NCBI GenBank assembly: GCA_964234715.1
Contig: OZ174284.1
Source of the DNA: Podarcis melisellensis
Lineage: Eukaryota
Direction: 5' to 3' (one strand)
Length of the DNA: 64,000 bases
The notes under the pieces were generated by a model. That model was given only the letters and a program-made list of their open reading frames with translations, was not told where the DNA came from and made no database searches. This document shows positions 38,801 to 53,887 of this stretch, piece after piece (within the stretch, counting starts at the first letter, position 1; each line of letters opens with the position of its first letter). The position numbers and the translations under genes are program-made.

Positions 38801-41800
38801 GTACAGTACTCGGCACACATTTCCCTATCGTTTTACAGGCTGTCCTACCCGCTCAGCCCCAGCCCCCACCCTGATCGCCCTGGGAGTCAGATAATAAACT
38901 TTTCAGATAAAGCTGAACCTCAGAACTTCCTGAACGTTTTGTTGCCTGTCATTCGGCTGCTGTTCTCCATAACCTTAGCTTTTGTTTCACCCTTAATTTT
39001 TGCACAGAGCTGTTTTCAAGTGTTTTAAAGGCTAAACACATTATTTCAGTAGTCCCGTCAGCTCTGAAATGTACATTACTATTCTCCCTGCTATAGGTCA
39101 GGGCTTACCCATGTGGTGCCTTCCAGTTCTTGGACTGCAACTCCTGTTAAACTCTGCCAGCATGGGATGATGGCACCTGTAGTCCAGTAACTTCTTAAAG
39201 GCACCACATTGGCTATTCCAGCTGCAGGTGGAAGGATGAAGGGCAGTGACTACTTTTCTAGTGAGTTTTGGGGTGACCTGACTTTTGAGACCTGACTCTC
39301 ACAGCTCTGAGCCACACTGAGCCGCTTTATTGCAAAACTGTCCCTTCTGACCTTGCTGTGGTCTTCTAAGGTTTGCTTCACTTCTGCTCCCATCCCCATT
39401 ACCCAAGAGACTCCTTAATCGCAAAGTGATTGAGGAATGGTTCCTAACTTTTATCCTGCAGCATTCCTATATCTGTCCAAGCTACCCCAAAAAATATTTA
39501 GCAGAAAATTACCGCTACTAAAAAGCAGGCAGAGAGGGAGAGGGAAACATTTTGAATCTTCTTTAAAAAAAAAGACAATCCCAGCGGCTTGTGACATGGG
39601 CACTAATTAGACTAAAAATGGTGCTGAAGCAGTTTGGAATTATGAAGCCCTCCATGAATTCAACTTAAATGTTCAGTGCCGTGACGAGATCCTCAGGCAA
39701 CCTCAGCAGGAATTGTTTTTCTAGAGCATTCCTAATCGCTAATGCTACTCATGTGTCTCTCTGTGTGTGTGTGCTCTGTATAACTGGGAATATGTAGAAG
39801 AGGACTGAGTTTTGTTTGCAGATATATTTATCTGGTGGGGAGAGAGGCAATTGGAATTTCTCTCTGTCTCTCTCTCTCTCTGTCTCTTTAACTTTCAGGA
39901 GCAGACAGGTTTTAAAACAACAACAACAGATTCCTCCCTCAAGGTAAACTTGAAGGCATTTATTTCAAGTGGCTTCTGTGCATCATTGGGATGCTGAACA
40001 ACTAGCCTCATGCTGTCCACAATATTTTTCAAGCAGCCTGTGTCATTCTCCTAGTCAGGGGTTTCTGTGAGTTACTGTGCGAGGTTTCATTGCCTGGTTA
40101 ATGTAGAGCGTAGCCTCGCTCTCCTGCCACCCGTTAGGCCCAGTTTATAAATCACAAGTCAGTGGTACAAATGAAGAGGAAGCACTGCAGTGACTTTCAG
40201 GTTCTGTATTTAGCCACCAGCTGCAGTTCCTTTTTCTTTTCCATTCTGTGAGGCAGTGACTATAAAGCCCTTTCTGTGCTCTTCTGAATTTTATGTGGAC
40301 GACGTCAATGCAGGTGTGTAAATGCAAAGCGCGTTTGCATGATGAAAAGCAGTCCTCATACAGGAATTAGTGCCTGCACAATTAATATTTGGTCAGGGTT
40401 GGGATGAGAGGAGCCTGCAAAAGAAGGTACAAAATAAAATAAAAAACCCTTTGAAGCTAACTCATTGAAAGGGCAGACAATTTAATGTCCCCTCCTTTTC
40501 TCTGGCAGAGATTCAATGGGGACAACATTTCGTCACAACCTTGACCACTTGAATCATGCAGCCTATCATGGAGCTGTTTAAAAAAATGAAAACTTTGCTA
40601 GAAATGTTATCTCTTATATGCCCAGTAGATCACTGAGGTTCATAGGACAGTTTCTCCTATATGCTCCATAAATATCAAAAGCCTGCTCCACAGTAACTTG
40701 GTGTGGAATATCATTCCTTTTGAGACACATCAGGCACCTACTATCTGTGCAGAGTTTTGTGTTACTGTCCCTGACATTGTACCTTCATTTCATGACACTT
40801 TCAGCTTACCTGGAAGGGGCATTTAGTGAAGTCTCGAATCATTCCTCATATTATCTATGCGTTGGAAAAATATAACCCGGTGCACTCAGGGCCTTTGTTA
40901 TTGACCTTATCATCTACACACACTTTTTCATTCCCTTTGGAAAACGCTATCTGCTTTGTGTCAGTCTCTTTCAAATGTTTCCGACTCAGAGATCCAATTT
41001 TCTCCCTTCTTTAGTGACATTTGTCAATGTATGAACTTTAATCAAAACGAGCCCTTCTTTCGCTAACTCTAGACAAGGGCCTTAGCTAAAACACAACCTG
41101 CTAAATCAAATTGAAGGATAGTATAATATTGCAAACTACATTAAGGAAAAGGTCAGGTGCCGTTGGTGCGAGATTCCTATCTCTTCGCCCCACAAGCTTT
41201 AGAATGGTGCATGGCAGCCGTTTCCTCTCTGGGCAAGCCAACGGGCACTTTTGCGACTGGGCTGGGCCTGTGAGGTTTGCTCATGTTGGTCAACATTTGT
41301 GTTTCCATGTCTTTGGCGACAGAAGTGCTGGCTGAGTATCAGTATTACTATCAGGCACCCCTCAGAGCAGGACCCTTACTGACGGAAGTGACAGGAGGAG
41401 CCAGCAGAAGCCCATTAGATGGTGGCTGGTTGTAGGTGTCTGATGTCACAGGGGAAGGACATTTCTCTTGACAACCCGCTTCTACCTTCCCCACAATCCA
41501 CTCCCTGGTTTTTCTGATCCCCGCTTCCCTCTGCCAGCTCCAACATTTACTGAGGTCCTAATTTTGCCTCCCTGCTCCTGCTCCCTGATCTCCTACCCCT
41601 TCCATGGCATCTCCACCAGGCTCATGACAGATGTTTCAGGAGTCCCAACTCCCAGCAACCTCCAGCCAGCATGACCAATTGTCAGGGATGATGAGAGCTG
41701 GAGTCTAGCAAAACTGGAGGGCTACGGGTTCCCCACTACTGATATACTGTATATGCTATATCTGATTTACATACGCTGGTGAGTCGTGCTCAAAGTGGGT

Positions 41801-44800
41801 GGAATCCCAGTAGAGTTAAAACCATCCTACCTCATCCCAGGGTACTGCATGGAGGAAAGTTATGCCAGTATTGGGAAAAGCTACTTGTCTCAGAACAGAG
41901 CTTTTTGTGTAGCTAGGGGAAAAAGCATGATGGACTTAAGCCTTGAAGGGAGAGGGAACTGTCTGTCCAAGAACTGGCCACCTGCTTGCTGTCTTCTCCC
42001 AGCTTCATAATCAGCTCTGGTCTGAGTAAGCCTAGAAGATACAACTAGCCCTACAGATGTAAAGAGTTTGTGTGATTATAAAGATGGTGAATGGACCACA
42101 GGCAGTTGAGCTTTGCATGATTTGAAATGAAATCGCCCTACTTCCTCTGCAATATTATTATTCCTCGTGTTGCAGAGACGGAGGATAAGACACCGTAGTT
42201 TGCTTAGGGCCACTTTAAGGCTGACACAAATGCAAGACTGATATCTCTTAAACATGGTCGACATTATCAAGAGGAGACCATGGGATCTTTATACACCTCT
42301 GCCTCCCTCTTTGGGGTTCTTAAATCCTTTCTTTTTCACCTAACCCCTTCTTTACTTTAAATAAAATAAATGAGTATTAAAAAAATTGATAACACAATCC
42401 AGAACTTCACTCCATGCCTAGAGAAGGTAGTGGGAGAATCTGGAAAGGAAAAGTATTTCCAGCATAGGAAATCCTCATCTCTCTGCTTCATTTAGCCTCA
42501 GAATTCAAGTCCCCTTTGCTACTGATCCACACAGCAAAGCTCATGGAGGAGGATTTTCTTGAATTGCCTTTCCTTTCCATCCTTGTTCCCCACCCACTTT
42601 CCTAACTTCTGTCATATGTTGTACTGTATTCAGGCACAGCAGTTAACTGCCCTGTTCCCTAAGTGCAACACAGCCTCAGATTTCCCCTCCCCTTTCTTCA
42701 TAAGAAGAACTCTGCTTGATCAGGCAATTGGTCCATCTTAGTCCAGCATCCTATTCTCACAGTGGCCAACCAGATGCCTATGAGAAGCTCCAAAGCGAGA
42801 CCCTTCCGCTAGCCCAGCATAAACTCTGCTGCAGGCCTGTGTTTGTAGCTCTGCCAAGGAGCTCTGTCTGACCCTGCATAATAAACCTGTTCCGTTACCT
42901 GTTCTATGGAGTCTAAATCCAAGAGTCAAGGTTCAATAGATAGCATACCATCATTTGCACTCTTCCCCCATAGTGTGTGCAATCTGGATCATGACCATAA
43001 GTGTGCTTTAAAAATAAAATAAAATTATATTGGTGACGTCTGGGAAAGCCTGGAACCAAAGTGGCCACCTGATGGGCAAAATTGTTCCTCTGTTGTGTCT
43101 GCGTAGCACCAGGAGTCCTTTATTATTTATTATTGGAGAAATACTGAGGGGCTGTCGGAACGGGGGTGGTTGGGAATGTACATCAAGCTCAGAAAGGTTA
43201 ATGCCAGAAAGGGAACTATGACTCTCTTCCAGTGGGAAGAGAAATCATGATTGCAGCCTTAGCCAGATATGTTTGTGTCCTGGATGACAAGTTGAGTAAT
43301 ATTGCTGCAGTTCTCTGAGCTCACCATATGCCTCATGCTAAAATCCATTACTGCAACATCATCACCCTGTGGAAAGTCAGGGGAGAAGCAGGGAGGAAGC
43401 GAGGGGAAACTGGTATCTGAGTCACTGGAACTTCAGAGGTCGCCCTCCCCCGCGCTTTAATATATGTGTATATATATATATACTGGATTCCATCAGCTTG
43501 CTAGGAAATTACAATAAGCAGGGTTTACTCACACTGTCCTTTCTACTGGAATACACAAAGGCTTTTGCATAGCAGGTTATAAGCATACAGAGGGTTCTTT
43601 TTCCTCCCATTCTCCCTAAGAAGGGATTGGCCCTAGCTGCATAATCTAGGTGAGTTTGAATTTGGGAACTCTGGGATAAATCGGCACACTTAGTGGGTTG
43701 GCAGTTTACACATCAGCAACCCAGAATCCTTAATCTGAAGGGCCTTTCCTTGGTCCCAGCAGTTATGAATTAACTGAAAGGTGTGTATTTGCTTAATTGA
43801 GTCTTTTATTTCTGTTAACAGTTCTGAAACAGTGCAGGACATAGGGATCTAAAGGCTTGTTAGAAGGTGGCATGGATTCTCTCGATGGGCTTCCTTGGTA
43901 CCAGGGTAGTGTGTTGTGGAGGGATAAAAGTGGGCATATGGGACACAAACACACTCTAGCTTAGAGGCTACTTCAGCTGTTCTGTGAATGCCTTCTTGTT
44001 GTTTCTGTGTTTCACTCCTGAAGTATTTATCTAGCCTTGGTCATTGTTTCCCCCTTTCTTTTGAATGTTGGAAACAAGTCAAGGTTATGCTTGCTCTTAA
44101 AATTTCCGAGAGGCTGCCAGCTCAGCACATTGTCCTTTTTATCCCCAGGGTGGTGAGAGAAGGAAGAGATGTTACTTATTTATAAACCAGGTTAATTGCT
44201 ATAAAATATTTAATTGTCAGAAATCTAACATGCATGGTGACATTCTTATCTTTATTTAACAATATTTTCTCCTTCATACATTGTGAGTTGCTTCATGTAT
44301 TTCCCTTTTCCCATGCATGTTCCAGTTTCTCACCCCGCATTTAGCATTCCAGACATTTCTTCCATCTTTAAGCTACCAAACTACTTTTTTAAAAACAACA
44401 ACAACACTGAGTTCAAAAAGCAATATGAAGTTGGCAAAGAGGGTTGTTAAAAGGTAAGTGTAGAGTTGGGAGGAATAGGATCTTATCACTGGAGTCCTTC
44501 TGTTTATTTCCTGTATGGTCTCCGGCCTAGTCCAGGAACTCCTCTTCACCATTGTCTGTTGAGTGTATGAGGAAATTCCCGCCTAGAGATACCTTTTCTC
44601 TCATATACAGGGCTATATTTGGACAGGACTGGGGATCTTTCTGCTATGGTCTCTTCATGCCAGCTGAGGCATGAAGGTTGCGTCCTTGCCCACAACAGCC
44701 ATTGATAGTGTCTTGGTTCCCCCATCAGTAGAGCCGCAGAGAAGGGTAACCAGGAGAGACAACAAGAGGACCAGGAGGAAAGGCTCTGTTGTCATGGTGA

Positions 44801-47759
44801 TGAGTACCCTTCCTCCGCTGCTAGGAAACTTGGATGTGTAAAAGCATGCCATTATGGGTAGGACAACAGTCAAGTCCGTTCATAAGCTAGCCAGGCAGTG
44901 GGCTAGGGGGAAATAGCAGGGGAGAAAACCTGCAGAGAAGGGAGCAAGACTTAGGGTGATTTAACCTCTTTCCCCCTAGTGACTGAAGGTACAAGGGGCA
45001 ATTAGACATGGAGGCAATTTGGCTAGCTTCTCTCGCCTCATGAATTAATGAGTTCTGGGATTCTGTTTCATTGACTAAGGGGTTAACCATGACATTGCAA
45101 ATTAAACCTTGGCCCCTCAGGAAACCCTTTCCACACAGATTTATCTGCCGAGGAAACCCAACAGATTTGCAGCAGATCCCAGGCGGGTGCATTCTAAACC
45201 AATCCCATTTCACAGGGAACTCTGGAAATTGTAGCTCTGTAAGGGGATGGGGCCTCCTAACAACTCTTAGCACCAGTAACCCAACTACAGCTCCCAGAAT
45301 TCTTTGCGGGGAGTCAGTTTTGTTTTAAAGTGGTATCATTGCCCTTTAAATGTATTGTGTGAATGTGGCCGAAGATGCATTGTAAATTCACTCAGGGCTG
45401 CTTCCGTCAGTGCTGACCAAGATAAACTGTGAGTGTTTGGCGATGATGGGCAAACTGTCTTTCAGGGAAGTTGTTCTGCCATTATTGATCTTTTCATTGA
45501 GACCTCCTTAGAAGCTTCTGAAGAAGAGCAGGGTTCCTCAGGCCATAGTGTTCTAGAACAGAGTTGAGTAGAAGGTCAATCAGGATGACTGCCAGATCTC
45601 TGGAAAATTTGAAGTAGATAAGCAGAAGTTTCTGGCTCACAATTGTCTAATAAGAGCAACTGCTGAAAAGATTTCCCCTACTAATAGGAAAGCTTGGGGG
45701 CAGGGCCAACTCCATATATTTTGCTGCCGGAGGCAAACCAGAGAACGATTCCCCTGGGAACTGAAGTTGGTTAAGAGTGCTTGGAGCAGAACAAGGGGGA
45801 AAATTGGGAACGGGGGGGATTTCATCTGCCAAGCCAAAATATTTGCCCTGTCTGGACAGCCACCTTAGTGAGATGTTGAATTCCTCCCTTTGCCATTGCA
45901 GATTTTGCAGTAATGGGACCAGATTTCACTATACTGTAGAATGGTGTGTTGTTTCTTTCCTTGTCCTCTTTTAAAAACTGAAAACCTGGTATTGACTAGA
46001 AAGCAGTTTAGGTAATGAGAGCCTGACCTGCTGGTGGCCCAGGAGACCCAAAACCTGAGTCTTTTGCATTGTCCCACAATATTTCCTACCCTTTCTCCCT
46101 GCTTTTAGTAAAAGACTTGGGGGGTGGCATTTTGCTTCCAGGGTATGTGGGTGACTTGCCAAGTACGCTGCCAGTGAGTCTCCCCAGGCACTCGCCATCT
46201 TAAGTTGCCCAGAGGCACTCTAAATATTTATGCAAATTTGTGTTGCGGGCCTGGGCTCTGAATCCTCTTAAGTACCTAAAAATGGACCTGAAGTCATTTG
46301 CAAAGCAGAAGAACTAGTCAAGGGGAATGCAGAGTTAGTGTCAAGCTTTGTGTAAGATAGCCACATGAAGAGCGGGCAAAGGTTTTCATTTCCAGCACGT
46401 ATGGCATCACCAGCTATTTTTGTCTTGAGTTGACTACCTTGCTTTGCAAATGCACCTTAATTTGGATTTGACACCCCTAGCTGACCTCATCCAGGGACTC
46501 TTATGGAGAGAAAATGGAGAGAAATGCATGTGACCTCTGCTAGGGTTTTGAAGTCAAGACATCGGAGATAAAATATGAGCGCAGTATCGTTACTACTTCT
46601 CAGTTGCCCGAAGGCATTTCTGCATTGCAACAAATCTGCCTGACAAGGCTATTCTGAGTGCACTTTAACATTAATTTAACTTGTGTCATTTGCTTCATAC
46701 GTTCTCCAAAGCTGTACCTTTGTAAGATCTGTGGATGTTTGAAGGCATCACGTTGTACAGCAAGCATGGTCTGCAATGTGGTAGAAGAAGTGAATGGGGC
46801 TGGGTGGAGAGAAGGGAGATTTCTCTCTCTCTTTTGTGCTCTGGAAAGATGGGATCCCAATGAAGTTGATTGATAGCAGGTTCAGGGCTGAAAAAGCAGT
46901 TCTTCACATAATACAGTATGTACAGGTCACTTACAACTTGCGCACATTTAACTTGTGCACATTCAGCTTTATGTGCTTGGCAATTAAAAATAATAATTAA
47001 AAGGGGGCGGAAAGGAGGCAGGCCTTGGGGCGGGGGCCTTTGGCAATCCCACCTGCTATTGCAACCAGTGTGTTTTACTATACACAATTTTGGCTTTACA
47101 CCCTATCCATGTGCTTGTCTGTACTTAAATGAATGAATTTAATTCTTCCTTAATTATTATTCTAGTTAAGTTGCAATCTTGCAGCACATTTCTGTAAGCA
47201 CTGTTAAATCATATATTATCTCTTTTCTGAGTGACTATGATTTGTTTTTTCCCTATTTGCCAGATTTTTAACTACAGATGCTCTCTCTGCAGTGGCACTC
47301 TGGTTAAACTTCCGTTGTCTGACATTCACACGTTTTTAGCTTTTGGTTGCGTAACAGAAAATATTTATTGGTGTTGACACCTTAAATCCTGTTGACATTT
47401 TGAATCACTTTCCACCATTTTCCAAACCTATGATTTGTTATTTCATTAATTGCTTTCAGTAACCGTATCCCAGTATTTATAAAAATTATTCGGCAACCCC
47501 ACTCTTCATTGTAAAATATTAGCATCAATCACAGCAGGATTTCGTTTTAAAAGATTATTCAATTCCTGTGGTATCATCTACCATCTATAAAGAATTTAAA
47601 TTGGGTTTCCTCTCAATTTCAGTTTGAATTTTATCAGCCTCCTTACTCCTGATTTTCACTATACCAAGCTTGGCAATTTTAAACATGCAAATAGGGAAAA
47701 GCAAAACAGAAAGGATTGGGCTATTGCTGGGGCCTCCAATGGCATCACAATACCCTTAG

Positions 47760-48119
47760 GTAAAGGTAAAGGTACCCCTGCCCGTACGGGCCAGTCTTGA
47801 CAGACTCTGGGGTTGTGCGCCCATCTCACTTAAGAGGCCAGGGGCCAGCGCTGTCCAAAGACACTTCCGGGTCACGTGGCCAGCGTGACATCGCTGCTCT
47901 GGCGAGCCAGAGCCGCACACGGAAACGCCGTTTACCTTCCCGCTGGTAAGCGGTCCCTATTTATCTACTTGCACCCGGAGGTGCTTTCGAACTGCTAGGT
48001 TGGCAGGCGCTGGGACCGAGCAGCGGGAGCGCACCCCGCCGCAGGGATTCGAACCGCCGACCTTTCAATCGGCAAGCCCTAGGCGCTGAGGCTTTAACCC
48101 ACAGCGCCACCTGCGTCCC
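47760..48119 (-). mobile_element. Full-length young Sauria SINE
   Basis: 5' GGGACGCAGGTGGCGCTGTGGG (A box), B box GGTTCGAATCCC, (ACCTTT)n tail; 13-bp TSD ACAATACCCTTAG at 47747-59 and 48149-61. Confidence 0.95.
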
Positions 48120-49856
48120 AACACAAAAAACGAAAAAACGTCCCAACGACAATACCCTTAGTACACCCAAAACTCCCTGCCCCTTCCAGTTTTTTGTTTT
48201 TCGTTTAATTAGAAGGGATTTTGGGGTGGTTTTTAGAAGTTTCCTTTTTCAGTTGTTTGGGAGAGGTTTGCAAGGTTTTGGAATGCTACGCTGAGTTTTT
48301 GTTGTTTGTGAGGGTTGACTTTTTTTAGGGTGTAGGTGTTCTGCCTGTTGTTTTGGGAAGGAAATTTGCATTTTTCATCTGTGAAATGTGCATTTTATGG
48401 TTCCCATAAAAGTTCCCTAGATTTTCAAATATGCTTTCAGGCCCATAAAAGGTTGGAGGCCACTAGTAAATGACTGTTAGTTCTGTTTTGACAAAAAAAT
48501 TAATGTAGTTCCTAGAGAGGCAGGGTATTTGATTCAACGTATTTTGTTTGGGGTGATGTCAGATGATTACAAAAATTTCTCTGTGGTGTTTTGAGTAGGG
48601 AATGGTTGATTCACACGTGCAAACAAATCACTTGATAGGTGAGGAACATACTTGTGCATGTGAACTCACCACCTCTAAGCACTCAATCAAGATTTTTCAA
48701 TAGCTGGAAGAATATTTTTCTCTTTAAGGGTGACAGTCCTCAGAATAAGAGTGTAGAATGAATGTTGTGTGGCATCTGTCAGATAAATAACAATGATATG
48801 CAGATTACATTATTTACATGCCAGTGAACTATGCAAATTCGGAGGAAGTCTAGCTTATTGTGTATTTTCAGTGTGACTTTCTTTGTTGAACACATTTTCT
48901 ATGTTGGGCATAGGCCAACCATCAGGGGTGATTTCAATTTTCATTCAGGGAATGGCAAGACATTTTGTGTGTGTTTGTGTGTGCATTCATAAAGGTCAAA
49001 ATTGTCCAATTTTCAGTACGTTTATAGATAACTTGTAGCAAAGCAGTGAGTTTTAAGAACATTTGTCATAGTTATATTTTTATGCCTCACAAGTGAATTC
49101 TCAAAAGAGGCCATTCACCTCTATTTAAAAGCAGAGGACAGCCTTCCACAAGCTGCTGTTCTCCAGACATTTTGGACTACAATTCCCATAAGCCCCAGCG
49201 AGTATGAGTGTGCTTGCTGGAGCTGATGGGAACTGTAGTCCAAAATGTCTGTTGGGCTCTGTGTGGTGGAGGCTGGCATACATACACAGTGCGTAGTGCT
49301 GTTGAACTTTCGAATACAGCGCCAATTTATTGCTCAGGAAGTTGGCCGGAAATAGAGCAGCACTCTGGAGAAATAATCATATATAGGAGTGAGATTGCCC
49401 CTCTCCCTGTTTTTCTTGAACAGTAAGAATGTAAAGACATGCCAGTGGAAGCATCTGCTAGCTTCATATCTGATATGGAAGATGCTTTCTGTCAGAAATT
49501 TGTGTTGAATTGTGCCAGCAGTACCCAGGCCTAGCAATTTACCTAGCACTGTTTTATGTAACTAATATTCCTCTTTACCCATCTTTTCAAATTACTGACT
49601 GCTAGTATTGACTATTCTGCTCAGACAGCTTTGAGTGAAGTCAACCAAAACCAAGTTACATCAGTTGTATGACTCCTGAATTCTCATATAATTGGGATGA
49701 TGAGACCAGCTGCATGACCTATGCCTTCTAACCCATGTTTTCCCTAATGGGGCAAGTGGCTGTTTTCGGGGGGAGGGAGGGATTTATGTCCAGGAAATGC
49801 CCCAAAGAAGAAAGAGTTAAACCCCTCTCTTCACATTGCTGCAGATTTGATATATA

Positions 49857-49964
49857 CCGTATTTTCCCGTCTATAAGACACCCCAGTGTATAAGATGACC
49901 TCCAATTTTAAATTTTAAAAAAATGGGGGGGGGGAAATATAGTCTTATACACGGAAAAATACGG
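49857..49964. mobile_element. Short Tc1/mariner (Tc2-like) MITE
   Basis: TIR CCGTATTTTcCCGTcTATAAGAC / GTCTTATAcACGGaAAAATACGG; TA flanks. Confidence 0.88.
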
Positions 49965-50084
49965 TATATATTTTAGGACCCACCTTTTTCTCTGGGCTTT
50001 AATATGTTTTAAATTTAATATTGTCTTTTTAAATGGCTGTAACCCATCCTGGGGCCTTATAGTGAAGGGTGGGTATGGAATCAA

Positions 50085-50087
<3 letters not shown>

Positions 50088-50130
<43 letters not shown>
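50088..50130. repeat. (AAT)n microsatellite
   Basis: Directly visible; probably a retroelement tail. Confidence 0.95.
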
Positions 50131-50132
<2 letters not shown>

Positions 50133-50707
50133 AGAGAAATGATACAGTCATGATTCTCTGATGTCTCATCTAGCTTGGTCCTTACACTTTATTCTTGTTC
50201 ATTCTTCCTGTTTGTGTACAGAGACATCTTTACAGGAATCCTTAATTTCACAGTTGTTGTCCTTCTTCTGCACAGATTTATATTTTGTAGCTTTCAGTGC
50301 AGATAGGCTGTCTTATGAGAAGCATTTGCTTACACTACTAGGTAGTATAAAAGCTTTAGTTTCACCCTGTTCTCAGTTGAAAACAAATATAACATGCCAC
50401 GGGGTCTTTTCAGTTGTGTCACCCACTTTCTGGAACACTCGTCTTAAGAAACCTTTGTAAACCGCTTTGAGATTTTTTTTTTGCAATCAAGCAGGGTATA
50501 AATTTTTATGAAATAAATAAATAATCTTAAATGACTCTCACCATTAAAAAGCTTATGTATTTGTGGACTTTTGCTAAACATTGTGTTGTTGTTTTTTTGC
50601 ATTCAAAAGACTGGTCTTTTTAAAAAGGTTTTTAAAAACTGATTTTTTGATGTTTTAAAACTCTTGTATGTTTTCTTGAATGCCGTGGGTGTAAGAGGGA
50701 CCTATAA

Positions 50708-51856
<1,149 letters not shown>

Positions 51857-51894
51857 TAAGTGACCTGAGTCAAATAAAAACATCAGGATAAATG

Positions 51895-52050
51895 GAGCCT
51901 GTGGCACAATGGGTCAGTGCGTCTGGCTGTTAACCAGAAGGTTGGTGGTTTGAGCCCAGCCAGGGATGGCTGTGTGCAGGATTTCTGCATTGCAGGGGGT
52001 TGGACCAGGGATCCCTTCAAACTCTGCAATTGTATGGCTGTGATTCTATT
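51895..52050 (+). mobile_element. SINE with tRNA-Asn(GTT)-like head and CR1 3' tail
   Basis: 51895-51968 follows tRNA-Asn (CTGTGGC.CAAT.GGT.AG.GCGT..GGCTGTTAACC..AAGGTTGGTGGTT.GAGCCCA.CCAGGGA.G), then ctgcattgcagggggttggac...attctat. Confidence 0.8.
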
Positions 52051-53563
52051 CCATAAAGGCATTTGCTGTGATACTATAGGAAGCACTGAACTCGGCCCGA
52101 TGACCCAAGATCAGGAGGAAACCTATTGGCCCTTTGAGTCACCTGATACCATTGATTTGGTATTTGCAGTACCACTTTCTTGCCACATGCCATGGTGGCA
52201 CTATAGTGTGTCAGAGCTGGCCATTAGCTCCATTGTCTAGCATGTTCTCCTATGATAATGCAGATAATAAGAAGGTTGGATCCCACTGCAAGTCCCCTTC
52301 CTGTTGCCTTATGCCAAGATGTTTCTTGTCACGTGATGTTTTGCAGGCTCCTACCACGATAATATTTTGCATGTCAAGGGCTTTCTGTTATTTTTGCTGG
52401 AGTAGACTTTACATGGTTACGCTATTGGAGGTAATCAGCGACATAATTCTTGATTGACGTGATTCCTTATGCTGATGGATTTGATCAAAATACACTGTGC
52501 GAGTTACCAGTGTGGCTCGTATGTTAAATGCAACAGATGTTTTGCTTTTAAAATTGCAGGTAACATTTGGCACTTATGAAAGACTCTTTTACAGGATGCA
52601 CAGAGGATCAGCAGCGCTGCTTCTCCTTGTCTCTTAAAATGCAGATTTCAGACACTAGAGGGGGGAACCTAATCAGGGCTGGAGAAGAGTTAATTTCCAG
52701 AATGTGGAAGTTTGACAGTGTAGCATTGCAGCAGCTGATTTTTATCTGTATGTCCTTTTGTTCTGAGAAGGAGAAAACAACAACGCTGCTTTCTTTTCTT
52801 AGAAAAGGTTTATTAAATAAAACATTCAACAGTCCTATCCTTTAGGGCAGACATGTTTTTGCTGCAAATACACGAAAGCTTTAAGGCTTTTAATTTGCTG
52901 GCTGGATGGGATGGGATGGGGGGGGGGAGAGGGAATCCACGATAATTGGAGTATTTTCCTACTGCATTACCCATGATGGTGCAGAGCCAGCCCATGTAGA
53001 CCTGGGGTGGGCATCCATAGGCAACAGAAATGAAAAGGGTGGAAGTGTTTGGTTTTCTGAGAGGAAGGGAGTGTTTTGTAATGTGTCTGGGAAATGCATA
53101 ATGGTTACTGTGTCTTGGATTTTGAAATGATGTGTGAAGGCAGCCAGTTTTCAGATCATCAGACTCAGTTTAACTAATCCTTCTCTCTTTATGGGGAAGA
53201 AGAAAAGGAGCTGGGGTTTGTTGCCACAGTAGGGGGTTTCTGACAAAGTCATGAGGAAAATTAATATTGCTGCCTCTGAGGGTGGCAGTGGAGGGGAGCG
53301 TAAGGGGGTTCTGGTGAAAAAACGCTCCATTCTCTGCCAGAGATAGATACCTTTAGGCGAGAGGCAATTTGCAACGCTGAAAAAAATTGAAAACAAAATA
53401 ATTTGTTTTACACTGGTTTTTGTTGCCAGGCCATTAGGAAGATGGATGGGGTAGTATTAGGAAAACATAAACTGCAAATGACTGTGATTAAAAAAATGAA
53501 ACTTCCCAACAACCAATCCTGTTAGATGAGAAAATGGTCATTCATATATATATATATATATAT

Positions 53564-53887
53564 ATGCAGGTTTTGGTGTCCTCGGGTGTCTTCCCGTGTA
53601 AAAGTTGGGGTGTCTAGGCGACGTTTCGACGAGGTCTCACTCGTCATCTTCAGGCTGGTGCTTTCGGCTTCTTGTTACTGGAACAGAGCAGGATCTCAGT
53701 GTTTGAGTTCCTATAAATACTGTTGAGGGGGTGTGGTGTATAGCCTCCAATGTTCTGGGCAGAGAGGAAGTTCCCAGGCTAGTGTGCCTTTTCTTCTTTT
53801 GTTCCTTAATTACTTGAGGGGTATCTTGAGTGATTTCTTGAGTGATATCCTGAGTACCACTTAGGTGGGTCATTAGGTGTGGATTAG
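53564..53887 (-). repeat. Left arm of 324-bp inverted repeat (partner 54435-54758)
   Basis: Reverse-complement identity with one mismatch seen (53688/54634). Confidence 0.95.
53612..53660 (-). ncRNA. Second copy of the hammerhead motif, antisense to HIPK2
   Basis: Exact reverse complement of 54662-54710. Confidence 0.8.

Noticed and set aside
1-50700. Canonical HIPK2 first exon (MAPVYEG) and host CpG-island promoter
   Set aside because: Not seen by eye; probably upstream of the window.
51895-51968. Functional tRNA-Asn gene
   Set aside because: Acceptor stem and T-loop are mutated (GGTTTGAG), and it is fused to a CR1 tail, so it is a SINE head.
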